Below, in pieces: positions 42,618-58,090 of a DNA stretch of 64,000 nucleotides. The notes beneath the pieces were generated by a model, which had not been told where the DNA came from, did not search any database, and saw only the letters and a list, made by a program, of their open reading frames with translations. The translations under genes and the position numbers were made by a program. Source of the DNA: Eledone cirrhosa. Its lineage: Eukaryota. Positions within the stretch are counted from its first letter, which is position 1. Every line of letters starts with the position of its first letter. The stretch is taken from contig OZ024740.1 in the NCBI GenBank assembly GCA_964016885.1, positions 367,784,001 to 367,848,000 of the forward strand, read 5' to 3'.

Positions 42618-43789
42618 TTAAACACGCTCAATAATGTCACAAGTTAACATTGGCCTTGATATACTCTGTGTTTTTGGTGAACTGTTTGATTGCTCTATTA
42701 AATCATCGACGAATATTTCTTTTTGTTCAGGGTCAGATTCATTATCAGTGCCAGACTTAGTGTCAATTTTGTTAGCGTTTGATGTTTCAAGTGAATCAGT
42801 TTTTTGCAAAAACTTTTCTTTTTCCTCGTTCTTTTGACTCGTCGAACCCGATGGCCAATCTGTTGATGCCAAATACGTTTCGCTCATTTCCTGCTGGAGA
42901 GATTGCTCAACGTTCAAAGTATTCCATATACGGGATTCGCTGTCTGTAGGTATATTGGAAGAAAGAAGGCTGGAGGCTTCTGTTTGTTCTGTAGTGTTTT
43001 GATTTCTGTCCGCATTATCATTATCATTGTGGCCACTATTGTTATTGTTGGCTGTTATATCCTGACTGCTGTCTGCCCGGTATGGAACATTTTCAGATGA
43101 TGATAAACTCTTTATACTTCTTGACCTTGTCCTACTTCTACACGTTATCTTACTGTTGCTGCTATTATTGCTATTGCTTCGCCTTCTCCAAGCACTAATA
43201 CTGCTACAGCTACTACTGCTGCTACTACTGCAGCTAATATTGCTGGTTCTGTTGTTATTATTAGTGCTGCTATCACTGCTCCTGTTATATGCACTGCTGT
43301 CACAAATAGAGCTATTACTGGAATCGCTATGATTGCATCCCCAACTAGAACCACTATTTCTATGAAGGGTGATTGTAGCTGCTGCTTCTATTAATAGCTC
43401 TTCTTCTGGTGATGTTGGGGCTGATGATGATGACGTTGTTTCTAATATAGATGTTATTGTACTAAGGGAAGTAACGTTACTAGATATATTAGTGTCATTT
43501 ATTGGCCTTGTCGTTGTGGAAGAGTTGGGTATGTCTATCTGTAATGTGTCTGTGATTTTAATGTCCTCGTTGTCGTCGTTAATGCAAGTGTTGGTCTGAA
43601 ACTCATCATTGCAAGTGGCAGGGATGGGATGGAAAAGTGTTTCACTGCTGTTTGATGACGCGGAGTACGTGATCCCGCCGCTGCTGAAAGTGTCATGCCA
43701 ACTGCTCGGGCTTTCACTCAGCTGGTCATCCGCCAGCTCACAATCTTCATAGTCAACCAGAGTGTCTTCATCACTACTGTCTTCTAGGC
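42618..43789 (-). CDS. Terminal coding exon of a host gene; about 389 aa of low-complexity Ser/Asn/Thr/Asp-rich, probably disordered sequence
   Basis: Strong acceptor tttttcttttcag|GC at 43790/43789. A stop-free frame of 1170 nt (LEDSSDEDTLVDYEDCELADDQLSESPSSW...CDIIERV*) is in frame with the track ORF 42618-42917. The track misses the rest because there is no in-frame start codon upstream. Confidence 0.75.
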
Positions 43790-44049
43790 CTGAAAAGAAA
43801 AACAGAATGTAGAACTAACAACTTGCAAATTTTTATTGCTTTATATATTTCAAAATCGTAGCAATTATCGTCCATTTTCATTAAATACATTTGCATGCAT
43901 ATAGAAAAGGTATAGTTTTAAAGATGTCCTGATAATTATATACATATTTCTATTTTGTCTTTTGAAATAGAATTTATACTTTATTTAGAATTTACAAAAT
44001 CAATTAGATTTAAAACAACTAACAAAAAGAAAGAAATGTGAATAAATTC

Positions 44050-46070
44050 CACACCCCTGGTTGGTGAGCATATTTGAGTGACGCCCCTCACCGATTATCG
44101 TAAAAGCATTACCCGGGGTTATGAACGAAGAGATGACGTTAAAAATGCAGCAGGTCCTTTAAACGAGAAAAATGTTATTCAACCAGGTTCCCTACATCTT
44201 CAAACGCGTTTATGTGTCTCACAGATATGTGTTTAAGGAGCTGGGCAACTTCAATGTGTGCGCTCATCCCGAAGGAAGGTACCCGTCAAGTCAGATGCAT
44301 AGTATTAAGCCATGTGCGGCTCTTTGATACCGTGGATTGTGAAAGAAGGGACAGTCGGTGATTATTGATATAAGATTTGATCCTCATTCTATTGAAGTGC
44401 ATTTCATACTAATACCCTCACACTTATGATGATAAGCTGCATAGATTGAAACCATCACTGAATCACTCAGTATCGTCCACGTTGTGTTTGGGTGATCTCT
44501 GGAGAATTTCAAGGATGAGAGCACACCATACGATGATGAAGGAAATTTCAACATTAAGCGGAGAATAGGGCTACCGATCTGAGTTGATCTGACTGCCAGA
44601 CTACCTTTGAAAAACTGACATTGCAGGTAGATTTGTTGCCACGATTCTTAATATGGAGACAACATGCTTCAATATGCAGGGAGAAGGGACATTTTTGAAC
44701 GGTGAATAATCACTTCGACAGCCATTAAGCCGGATAATATGTCTATTTATGCAATCTCCTGGACATCCACGCCAAGTTATCTTGTTTAGTCTCGAAACAT
44801 GAATAAAGTATAGTTCCTCATATTAGAAAGAGTGAGTATCGAATAACGTTGATTTGGACGAGTTTAAATCGGTCGAAGTAAGTAGAAAAGAAAACGTTGA
44901 ACAGTAAACGAATAGGGCTGGAAATGCCATCAAAGGCCGATTCAAAAGACGTATCTGGCTATATGGATAGCTGACTTACCAACGCCAATTTGAACGTAGT
45001 GCATTTCCTGGACAAGGTTCTCCAGAGGTAATTTGTTGACAAGTTAAGAGCCTGTCGTTGAATCTATCTTCACACAAAGAATTGGCCGAAAACATTGTAT
45101 GATGGAGTAGGTCGGCTCAGCTAAGTTTGTTAATTAGAAGTTTGATCGAGGAAAGCAGACTTATCCCAGAGGTATGTGGAGAATTTAGGTTATTGATGTT
45201 GCCTAGTCACGAGACGACCACATTGCCACTATTACTACCGGGAAGAGATCACTGAGCAGCGGTCAGTATTTATTAATATATATGTGGTAGATAAAATATC
45301 AGACAATGATATTGCTGCATATAGCATAAATTATATATTTTGGGGGTTGTCCTTTGCTGCATTAGTAAACTAAGGGGACGGGTCATACCTAATAACCTAC
45401 GAACTCCTGCTTACTTTCTCCTGGGATTTATATTTCTATGACCCTTCTCAAAATTCTAGACGTCTGCCCACAAACATCACCAATGACTCACCCCCGGCAA
45501 CAACAACAGTAACAGTACTAACAACAAAAACAGCGGACTCCCCACAAAATTGAACAGCCAAGGTTCAAAGAACGGCAGCAGGAAACATTCTGCATGTCCA
45601 CAAAAATGAAACGGCCGGGGCCAGCAAATCAGATACACGCTGTAAGGGCACTAAAATAGGTAATATCCAATATTCAGCACATTGCAAGGACAAGGCAAGG
45701 ACCAGTGAAGCACTGGCCGTCAAACACGCCACGCTACTCTATCAGAATGAGAAGTATTTGCTCTATCCATTTTATTTAGAAAGAAGGAAGGTAAGGTTCG
45801 AGATCCTCGAGATCCCATCGCAGATGAACATCTGGTGGATATTGGCCTGCATCGTCCTAGAATTAAACACCTCCCTCTTTGATGTGAAATAAACCAGACG
45901 AGAAAATTGCTCTAGTATCAGTGTGGAGGTACTGCACCACATAAATGCAGGTAACATCTAAAAGATGCCAGAGCACATTCGTCTTCCAGGTGAAGTTGAA
46001 CAGCAGGTGATGTTTGAATGCAGACGACCTCGCTGCCATCAGTCTAGGTACTTGCTCATGTTCCTTGTGT
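44050..46070. mobile_element. Decayed TE-like block; 45480-46050 resembles a non-LTR ORF1 remnant
   Basis: GC-richer than its flanks with no long ORF. The remnant QVMFECRRPRCHQ resembles the start of an ORF1 zinc knuckle. Confidence 0.3.
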
Positions 46071-46306
46071 GTAGCGAGAATTATATGATTAGATAGATGA
46101 AATACAAAAATAATATTTCTGCGTAAATATATGTTCGAAAAAAAAATTTACCACATTCGAACCGTAGATATCCTTATCAATATATTCACAAATTTACATT
46201 TAAATTTAACATTAAATATATTTCTTGGGAATTTGAAACCTACTTTTAAATTTTATTGAAAATATATATATATTTTCAATTACATATAACCATACACACA
46301 CATATG

Positions 46307-46397
<91 letters not shown>

Positions 46398-49300
46398 ATA
46401 TATATATGTGTGTGTGTGTATGTGTGTGTATATATATATATGTGTGTGTGTGTGTATGTGTGTGTGGGGGTTTGTGTGTATGTATATGGGTGTGGGTCGA
46501 GCTACAAGTGTTCACTAGCTATATACTGGATTGGGCATAACCCTAAAGATTCTCCAAAAAATGGAATAAAGAAACATTGAGTTATATAGGAGCATGAAAC
46601 CTTACCAAATATCATTTATAGCTTTTATATCTTTTTACGTTATGGTACTGCATGCATGAAATATTCGGGGTAATTCGTATGTTTATAGATGAATATAAAA
46701 CAATATAATTCGTGTTCTGCGTATGTCACTATAATAGCTGAACGGCCAAGAAATTCTCTAATATTTGTTTTTGAAACAAATTAAATATTTTAGATAATTT
46801 GTATAATCATTTAAATAATTTGAAAACACAATCATAGTTACAATTCACAATACTTAGATTCTAGTAACTTTGATGCAAAATACTTTCTGTTGATTTCGTT
46901 TCTCTTCGGTTAGCAATTCAAACATATATGATTCTTTATATTGCTTATTAATTGACTGGGCACTGTTCACAGACATAGTTACATATCTCAACTTGAAACG
47001 TAATCCCTTGAAATATTCTACCATGGAATTTGCGTTGTCGTACAAAAACGAATACAGTAATTATCCAGCATAAAATATCAAAGCATCTAATAAAGAAAAT
47101 GGAGTGTGAGTGATATTTCATTGATAATGGAAACACAATTACTGAAGAAAGTTATATCTGGTTCTGATGTGTTCACACACAAATAGAACAATATCGATGT
47201 ATTTGCGTCTGATTATGACAATATTATAAACATGTGTAACTTATCAGAGGTATCCCACAATATAATATAAACTATTGAAAAAGCAAACGCATACATATTT
47301 CGTGAAACAACCAAATCGATGAAAATATTGTATGCATAGATACAAAGGACGCAAGTTCAACAATACCACCAAAATCGATATGAAAATCAATCTTGCTCTT
47401 AGAGTGCCATCAAGTTAAAGATGATGAAATAGACGATAAAACATAATCACGTGTACAAAAATCTAATTGAAGACATTCATGAATTTCCCTTTCTTGTAAA
47501 CCCTACATCTAAAATGATGAACCCGCAAATATATCACGATGGTTGGATCAGTAAAATAGTTTACATTCCAACATTTATATTATTAAGCACTTAACATTTC
47601 GTCCGTTATGAAAGAATAGATTATCATTTATCAAGATATGCAATAACATAGACAACAATATGCTTTCTGCAAAGTATGCTGGGTGATATTTTAGTATCCT
47701 ATCCAAATACAATTAAATGACAACTCTTTATTCTTCTATGGACGCTTTATCGAAATCTGTATTTGATTCTGTCGCTAATTGAGAAGCCTAGAATGTATTG
47801 TATGGCCGTAAGATTGCACATGGTCGGAGGTTCGTGAATTGTGAGGTCTGTATATCTTAAAGTTAATTTAGAAAACAACCCTCTATGCACAGTTACGTTC
47901 CTACCTTTAAGATTTAATAGTGAATGTCCGATGCGTTACTCTCAACACAAATGTAATACAGATGTGCACTAATATTCATATACACTTATTAAATGGTATA
48001 ATCTGTCATATTGTTTTCAATGATTGCTTCAATGATTACAGGAGATAATTAAAAGCTTTTAGGTTTTTCCAACATATGTTAGCATTTTTAATAGAAATAG
48101 CTTAATATCAAGATAGCTTGAAACAACACATTAACTGCAGCCTTACACAGTATAAACAGAAGAAAGCTTCTCTCATGTACATATATGTGAATCCTTTCTT
48201 ACTATCTGTAAAATCAAAGATAATGGTTTGTGGGTCTCTAAAATATTAGTTTCAAATAAATTGACTGAACATGCATTATTCTTTTTCGCAACATATGTAT
48301 AGCTTCAGAGAGGAAGAATGCCTACGCAGTAGCAAAGTATCTAGATAGACAAAGAATTGAAACGATCATTATGTTAACATTTCTAAAATCGATTGGTAAT
48401 TTACAAAAGATACATTCCCATATATTAATGAATCCAGAAGCTCTGCCATTCATTGCTGGTAATACTTTAGCAACTATTACAGTGTTTCTGCAATTGTCCG
48501 CAAAGGATCGGTGGTAGTCAATTTTTCTAGACATTGTACCGATGAATTTTAGGCAATGTCCGACTACCAATTGCTTAACTTAGTTTATGGATTGCATAAT
48601 GTAACTGACGTCCCCCGAATGATGGTCACATTTTTGTAAAGGACTATTCAACTATTTATCACCACTAAACTTTTATTCCGAATATTTACCATCGGTCGTT
48701 GTTCTTTGTTATACAAATATTTTACCAAAGTTTTACATGTGCACAATTATATTTCGTGTTGTCGCTATAAACATTACATAGATGAATGGGATGCGTTGAT
48801 CGTTTTAGCAATCAAATAAGTCTTGGTCAAAGATCATATATCAATAAATTTACAGTTTTGATAATTCTGTTATTCTGCTTTTCTGTACGTATAATTTGAT
48901 GTTTTCATGAAACATATTTATATATTTATCGATCGTTCGATCGATCAATAATACCTGACCATTTAACTGAATAGTATGTTAGTGCTTTACTATACAACAT
49001 TTGTGTCTTTAGATTAATTTCTTATGTTAGATCAACATCATACAATGTGATAAACTTGTGCTAAACCCATCTGATCATAAGTTTAGACTAACAAATATCC
49101 TTCTCAATGTATGGGTCAACCTGAGCCTATTGTAAAAAGCTATTTCGCATCGTACCCAGGTGTAGGTTCGAACGCAAGACTTCCTAGATGCAATTCCTAA
49201 CGAGTCGGCTATGGAAGTGTTCAAATATAATATCAGTACATATATTAATTAATTTCAATTAGAAATTAGGTCGCCTAAAATTAGACACTGTATCGCAGTT

Positions 49301-52199
49301 ATATACGAAAGTACTCATATGATGGATGGTAGAACAATGTGTAACGTATTAGATATAAATAGACGTTACACGAATCATCCTGTTCATAGAATGAAGTGCA
49401 GCAAAGTAATTTAAATAGCATGTTCCATTGCAAAATTGGCAAGAGTGAACTATAACCTTATGAAGTACAATAATCACTTCTGGATATTTTTTCTCGGTCC
49501 TTTCTTGATTTCACGTGACTTTTTGTGTATATGAATATGTTGTTATTGAAACATAAATGGTATGATTAAATATATTATTTTAAAAAGTATTAATACTTTA
49601 TGGAAATTTATAAGCTGTAGAGTTGATTGAGTGCAAATAAAATACATATTTATAGTCACCATAAAATCTCATGAAATCAGAACATATCTGGAGTTAAAAT
49701 TTACTTGCAAATGATGAAATAAAGTTAAGATATTTGTCGTGCTAATACTTTCTACTCACTACGTAAATCATTTAAGTGTTAATTACTTAAGTGTCAGTCA
49801 TGTTACATTTTGAACTCAACCAGATTTTCATAATAATCTTTGAGCATATCTTTCTCGCTTTTCAATAGTATTTGTTTGCTTTTTTCTCTCTCCATTAAAT
49901 ATTTTAATACGCATCTAACTAACTTATCCTGTGCAACTGTGGTCCCTAGACTATTTTCAGCGGTCATACCCTTTTAGTTTCAATTTATTAACCCTAAGCC
50001 ATAAATGGTTCAATGGATCTCCAGATGGAAATTTGTAGCGTTTTAAGAGCAATGATAATTGTTTGTGAATTACAAATTATGGCATTATTTAAACGGTCAT
50101 ATTAAATGCAATTGCGTGGAAGACTGATTAATTTCTCTATTTAAACATATTGTAAACTATAGCGAATATATATTACCATGCTTGAGGATAATGCTCTATA
50201 GAAAACTTGATTCATTCTTGGAAAAAAGAAAATAAGGTTTTATTTATTTGGGAATAGAAAGATAATAATTCGACTAAATGAATGTCAAGGCTATTACTAG
50301 AATGTCTGTGGAATAAAACTGACAAAAGTACCCAAAATCAGAGACTCATATTAGATTTCCCAATATAAAAGATGTTGCAGGTGCTCTAAAAATATGAAAA
50401 TTGCGTCAAGTACATTAGAATTATTGGATAAGGAATTAATTGTATTTCTGTATTTTCAAGTTTTGAATTCGTCTCTTTACTTCAAATACCATATAAATTA
50501 TTTATATTTTATAAATCACATTTGGATAACATAAGTAACAAATAATAACCGTTTGGTTAAATTTAAGCTATAGTTATAATATAATTCAGAAAAAATGCCA
50601 GGAAACCCCAAAGTGTGTCGCGCTAATGAAATTTCCAAAACTGCATAATTACTATTAGAAAGTAATGAAGTTTCAAGTGCATTGTGAAGAGCATCCTGGA
50701 TGTTCATGTGATTTGTTCTTTGCCAGTATTTTCGATTTCATGAATGGGGCGCAAGAATAGTAAATTCTCACAGAACGTCGATTCAAGATCTTAATGTGCT
50801 TATTCTTATAAATCTAAGAATTTTTTACCTCTATTGGTTTTTGCATTTAGGGAGAAAGGAGGTGCGAACCAAATTATGTTTTTTTTCTTCTTCTATTGTT
50901 ATTTCTAGGTGGGAAACCACTAGGAATGTAATTAATATGTTCTTTAAATCCACTATCTCGGAAGGCCTGATGTTGATCGCCCATAAACGTCAATACAAAC
51001 TGATAATATAGATTAGCATGCACATGTTATGTTCATTCTTCTAAAGGTTGCACACATATATATATATATACATATTTGCAATTTTCCTTAATATTCCAAT
51101 ACGGCTTCAAGTGATACATACACAATTTTAGACTATAATTTTAACACATTCTTCAATTTCCTTGATTCTGAATTATATACTACATACACAATGTTGGATT
51201 TTAAGTTTAACACATCCTATAATTATCAATAATTTTAATATTGATTAGCATGCATACGTTATTTTCATTCTTCTAAAGGACGTATATATATATATATTTG
51301 CAATTTTCACTAGCATTCCAATACCCTTAAAGTGATTAATGGTCACATGATGTAATGTACGGACGGAACAGCCAACATCCCCTCAAATTTCAATATACCT
51401 TACTGGATGTAAGGAATGCATTAGATACATCCTATATATAGCAAAATAGAAAGGTTTTTCTCAGTAGGCACGCCATTTATCTACTTAGAATTGAAATTAA
51501 ATTCTAACAACAAAAGAAAAAGAACCGACGTTTACAGTCCAATGGATTTCTTATTAATCATTTGACTTGATTAAAACGACTCACTATAATATTAATATCT
51601 AACAAGGCATATTCATGTGTAACCCTTATTATTACTTTCCATTTCCCCCTGTTCACGCTCTCGCTCTCCCCTTCCTCTCTTTAACGCTCTGACAGAAATC
51701 GGCAATTAGATGTAGAGGCGAATAGACATCGCCAAGGTTCGATACACAAAATAAACGTATGTCAACTTCCAAGTCTACAACCTTTACAAGAAATGAAGCC
51801 TAATGAACGTTGTGTGCGTTTGTGTGAGTATATGAGCGTATGCACATATGCAGATTATATATAGTTTGCATGTACGTATATGCCTCAACTGCATTTTGCA
51901 TACTGACTTGAGAAACGTGCATCTACATGTAAACATAGGAAATATAGTTCTTTTATGAACGCTATTTCGGAAAACCTCAAGAGGAAATATTCATTTGTAA
52001 TTGAAACAACCCCAAAAAAGTGAATACGTTCTGATTTATGCGATGAATTCAACGAACTATTATAGAATACTTTCTTCTCAAGAAATATATATTTGATATT
52101 GCTGTACACACACACACACAAATACACAACAACATAAAGACTCACACACGCGCTCACAAGTACACACACACTCATGTATAAACATACATATGTATGTAC

Positions 52200-52309
<110 letters not shown>

Positions 52310-52364
52310 TGAGAGAGAGAGAGAGGGAGAGAGGGAGAGAGAGAGAAAGAGAGAGAGATAGGTA

Positions 52365-52411
<47 letters not shown>

Positions 52412-52901
52412 AGAGAGGGAGAGAGAGAGAAAGAGAGAGAGATAGGTAGAGAGAGAGATATATAGAGAGAGAGAGAGATTGACTGTGTTAAAGAATAAAC
52501 AGGGCAAGCAACGGGATACGTAAACATTCCTATAATTTTCGCGCTTGGGATTGTAGATAAATATAGAAGTATAAGTTTCAACACATCGGACATAACATCT
52601 TCATGAATAACGTTCTTAGCGAAAAGAAGTTGGAAGATTTGAGGGTGGAAGTTGGGAGAAATACAAGAGGGGTGAGGAATGCATGCAAGTATTCTGGCTT
52701 GCTAAAATTGAATACAGACGCTTCTTACATAATGCAGGAATTAGGCATTGAACATAGGACACAACCCTTCATGCCAAGGAAACCAAAAATTAATATGAAG
52801 GACCACAAAAGGAACTTTGAAATTGACTTACCAGTTAGATTAATTGCACCATCTTAATCGGACCTTGGCATACTTAGCAAGAACATTTTAGACAGAATAA
52901 T

Positions 52902-53077
52902 TGTTTCTACTTTAGGCACAAGACCAGCAATTACCCAGTGCATTACTGGTACTTTATTTTATCGACCCCGTAAGGATGAAAGGCAAAGTCAACCTCGGCG
53001 GGATTTGAACTCAGATCGTAAAGGGACGTAACTATGCTGGAAAGCATGGCGTCCGACCCTCTACCGATACTGCCAAT
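52902..53077 (-). mobile_element. SINE with perfect 19-bp target-site duplication
   Basis: acattttagacagaataat at 52883-52901 and 53078-53096. Confidence 0.92.
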
Positions 53078-54146
53078 ACATTTTAGACAGAATAATACCA
53101 CAAATTAAGGAATTATCTTATTTAAAATTATGGAAAGGAACTAACTAAGTTATCGAATGGTTTAAAGACATTAAATATAATTATAATAATAAGTTTATTG
53201 AATTGGATATTGCTAATTATTACTCATCCATCACTCCTAATCTACTTAATAAAGCACTGACATATGCATTTAAACATTCAGACTTAACTAGTAATGAAAT
53301 GCACATTATCCTAACGGCACGGAAAACATTAATTAAATTTAACAACCACCTCTGGACTAGAGCAGATAGAGATAATCATTTCGATATCACTATGGGGTCA
53401 TCTGATTCCGTCCAAATAACGGATCTTGTGGGGCTTTTTATAAATAATACTCTACATAGAAAAATACCGGAGAATCACCGGAGGTTTATATCGCGACGAT
53501 ATGCTATTACTTATCGAAAATAATAACTGTGAATTAAATAGGAAAAGAAAAGAAATTATACGATTTTTTAATTACCTTAATCTTTAAGTAGAAATAGAGA
53601 AGTATTATAAAATAGTTAACTTTCTAGATGTAACCTTAAACCTTAACACATGTCTTCATTATCCATTTCACAAATTAAACGAGAGCTTAAACCACGTCAA
53701 TTTTAACTCCAATCACACCAGATCCGTTAAAAATACTATAGTAAATTCTGTACAGCAACGCATTTCTAGAATTTCAGCTAATAAGAATATTTTTGATGAT
53801 AAAGGACAGTATTACAACGAAGAGTTAGGTAGAGCTGGATATAGTAATACAATTAAATACATTGATAATAATAATATAACAACTAACCATAATTTTAACA
53901 ACTATAATAGAAAACCTTACAATAATTCGAAAAATAAAAAAAAGAAATAGAACTAGGAATATATTATGGTTCGCTTCTCCTTTCTCATTAAATATTAAAA
54001 CTCCTATTGCTAAACTATTATTTAAAGCTCTTGACAAATACTTCCGTAGAACACATAGATATTACTCAATATTTAATAGACATACTATAAAATTAACTTA
54101 TTCAACCACCAGTAATTTAGCGCAGAATAATAATAGAATGAATAAT

Positions 54147-54349
54147 TGTTTCTACTATTGGCACAAGGCCAGCAATTACCCAGTACATTACTGGTACTTT
54201 ATTTTATCGACCCCGTAAGGATGAAAGGCAAATTTAACCTCGGCGGGATTTGAACTCAGAAGGGCAAGGGCCGTAACTCTATGTGTCAAAGCATGGCGTC
54301 CGACCCTCTACCGATACGGCCAATTCACCGCCCATTGGCAGTATCGGTA
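54147..54349 (-). mobile_element. Full-length SINE with a roughly 16-bp target-site duplication
   Basis: taatagaat[g/t]aataat at 54131-54146 and 54354-54369. Confidence 0.88.
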
Positions 54350-55967
54350 AAATTAATAGAATTAATAATAGAAACTTAAAACCTAACCAGAATACCATTA
54401 ACAACCCCAGCAATATTCAATTTAATAATACGGCGCCTAGTAACTTGAATTTTGATAAATGTAACTGTAGAAATAAATCTAACTGTCCGTTAAATAACAA
54501 TTGTTTAGCTAAAAATATAGTATATAATTGTAATGTAAAAACTAATTTAAATTCATTTAATTATGTAGGTTCTACTTCCAGTCTTTAAATCTCGTTTTAA
54601 TAACCATGAATGCTCATTTACGAATATAAAACAAAATCTTCAACTTCTCTATGTAGCTTACTATGGGACCTAGAATCAAAGAACATCAACTATTCTTTAC
54701 TTTGGAATATTATCTCCAAAGCTCCTCCATTTAATCCTTCTCCTGAAAATTGTGCTCTTTGTATAGAGGAAATATTCTTTATATTAAAAAGCAAAAATTC
54801 TGTGAATTTAAGGAACAATCTTTTCAGTTGCTGCAAACATAGATTAAATTCAACGTTTAAATATAAATTTAAAATGTAATATATAACTCATTTTATTAAA
54901 CCTATCGATAAATCATTAGATTCATTCATATGACTGCCATAAACTCTCTTAAATGAAGAAAACATTTTTCCTTAAAAATGTTTCCTTGAAAATTCTTCTA
55001 GATAAACATACTGAAAGTTTAAAAACAAAAGGATTTTTTGTTAATTCCTCTGATGGATATAAAAAAATTATAATTCATATGTTATACTGTGTTTTTTCTA
55101 TATATTCTCATATATATTTTTAAAATTATATTGCTTAAAAATGCTGTTGCTTAAAAATATAATTCCTTTTAAAATTTTATAATTATATTTTTTAAAATTG
55201 TAATTCCTTTTAAAATTATAATTCTTTTAAAATTTGTAACTCATATATTTATTTCATATTATGCATTTCGTATTTATATATATATATGTATATATGTATA
55301 TATATGTGTGTATATGTATGTATATATATATATATATATATGTGTGTGTATATATGTGTATGTCTATTTATATGTATACATGTATGTATGTCTGTGTATG
55401 TATGTGTGTATATATATCGAAATGTATAATTTGAATACATTCTATGAATGAACTCGTATAAAAGGTTTTTTACGGTTTATGCTTTAGTTATATTCTTATG
55501 AAAAACTTCAAACATTAAGACATTTTAGTAAACAAACTTATTTTAACAGTCACAACTGTATAACAGGTGGATTTATAAAATATATAAAATTTATAAAATC
55601 ATAACTTACTATAAAATAATATAAGGTTTTCTTATAATCTTAACTTTCTTTATCCTCTTAACCTTTATAACATTTAATCCTTAGAGCTATCTAAATTACA
55701 AATAAATCAATTAATTTCCTTCACGCTTCTTATATACTAAGAAGAGATTTTTCTTCGATAACATCTCTGAATTTCCATGGGTTTAGAAACATTCCTATAT
55801 TTTAAACATATATTTTAAACATAAACATTTTTTATTTTTTATTATTTCTTATAATTTTTATTGATAATTAATTGAAAAATTAATAATTAATTGATGGTTG
55901 ATGATTAATAATAAATATATATATGGTTATGTAATAATTACATATATTTTAATAATATGTTTTAATA

Positions 55968-56055
<88 letters not shown>

Positions 56056-56061
56056 ATATAT

Positions 56062-56735
56062 ATTCTTTTAATAATATATAGATCTCAATTTTTAATTTAT
56101 AGATCTCGATAATTTAAGTGATAAATTAAACATTTAATCAAATTTAAACATTAGATAATATTCTCCGGTTATTATTATTTATTTATTTATCCACGCTTTA
56201 TTTACTCCGTGTAATTCATCCACTATATATTTATTTTATCGCTTCATCATCTCATAAATTACGTTAATACAACACCACTCTCTCACTTAGGGTTTTCTCT
56301 CTTTTTCTTTCTTTTGTTTTCTTTCTTTGGGTTTGCTCTTTCTTTTTCTTTTTCTATTTCTTTTTCTTTTTCTTTTTCTTTTTCTTTTTCTTTTTCTTTT
56401 TCTTTTTCTTTTTCTTTTTCTTTTTCTTTTTCTTTTTCTTTTTCTTTTTCTTCTTTCCCTATTCCAATGGCTTAATTTAAATGTACGGGATTTAAACCCC
56501 TCTGACACTAATTTGCATAATAGACCAATAATAAAATTAGTAACCCCGCTATCCGGGAGCTTCCAACCGACATGGTCGCATTATTTAAGGGTATGTCAAT
56601 ATTTGTTTATAAAACTGATCTATATTATATTTTATCTGATCAAAGCGCACCATAATTTGCTTTGGTGTCCTTGAGATATGTATAATGAAATAAATATGGT
56701 TTTATAAATATAGTTTCCATTTGTTAATATATTGT
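56062..56735 (+). mobile_element. Repeat with decayed hammerhead (family G); second copy at 58480-59025
   Basis: The copies are homologous throughout (ctatccgggagcttccaac..tttaagggtatgtcaatattt..ctgatctatattatattttatctg). Hammerhead remnants at 56629-56691 and 58949-59010. Confidence 0.7.
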
Positions 56736-56825
56736 ATATATATATAACCAATAATTTTTTGAGTGCTTTATATCAGTTATAAAAATATTTGCTTGTTGTA
56801 TCCCAACAAATTAAATATAACTTCT

Positions 56826-56865
<40 letters not shown>

Positions 56866-58090
56866 ACGTACAAGATGTCGAACTCTATAAGGAGCACTCA
56901 ACATATATGTTTATATATATATATATATATATATATATCGAAAAACGTATGACCCCGACGGTAGCGCTCAAGCTGCTTTGACGGCTATTTCTGGACTCTA
57001 TATATATATTTATATATACACAGACACGCACACACACACACACATGCTGCCACACCCATCCGCACGCGCGCGCACACACACACACGCACACAAACACACA
57101 CGCACACACACACACATACACACACACGCATATAGATGTATATATATATACATATGAATTGTTTAATATAGAAATGACCTCTGCTGGACTGAAACTATTT
57201 CATTTAAAGTACCTTACTTACTATGTTTACCCCCAACGTGTGCTTAAGCTGGTGCCTTCCTAAGTAGTATACCAACATTAATTTAGTGATGATCTATTTT
57301 ATCTGCGTTAAAGTGGGTTGCTCCTTCACAATTGGTTTTTCTAAACCATATACATTTCATTTCAGCCTAGTATGTCCAGCTTCTAATTGATGATTTCGTT
57401 AAATGATAGGGCCAGATTTCCTCTTTGATCCGGAACCATGATAGTCAATTCGTGCTGAGTGTCTCCGTCAATCCTATGCTAGTATTCTTCATATACATAT
57501 ATTTCCAACACACATACACACGCATACACACACACACATACATACACACACACACATACACACACACACAAACAAACACACACATGCACATACAGATACA
57601 CAAGAGTGAAGACAAATTCCGGGTCAAACTTCTCATCATAGAAGCTGGAATCAGAGGTGTTGAAGGCAAATCTACCTACGGTCTCATAAAAGAACATTCA
57701 TTCCTTGGGGAGATAGAATCAAACTCTAAAGCAATATCAGAGGCAGCAGAGATGAATTCCAGTCGGATTTTTTCGAGGAGGAACAAAAACGACATCCATA
57801 ACATCTGAAAGCATTATGTTTGGATTTTAATGCACACTAAACAATTTACCTTAGTATATGTTAAAATCAAATCATGGTTGTAGGGTTTTCGGTGGCATAG
57901 GCACTGATGAAGTCTCATCGCTTCTATGACTACCACTGCAATTTTCCAAATTTTAGGAATGTTTTTAAATATAAGTTTGAAAGTAAAGGCAACTGAGAGG
58001 GCTAGATCAAAATTTCCATACGGATTATAAACACGACATCATATGGATGTGGCACGGCCCTCAGAGAGTGTTGAGGGTCGAAACGCTTAC

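Larger units (their letters stand above)
52510..55100 (+). mobile_element. Penelope-like element, degenerate, with two SINE insertions
   Basis: RT motifs PVRLI, DIANYYSSI, MGSSDS, YRDD and VNFLDVTLNL. GIY-YIG region CNCRNKSNCPLNNNCL..IVY..YVGST and C-terminal CALCIEE..CKH. Many stops and frameshifts. Confidence 0.85.

Noticed and set aside
56287-56508. (KR)n-rich protamine-like ORF
   Set aside because: It is the translation of a (TTTTTC)n simple repeat inside an interspersed repeat.
58050-58090. Hairpin ccctca..tgaggg followed by GAAAC
   Set aside because: No CUGANGA core or stem I. It overlaps a candidate splice donor.
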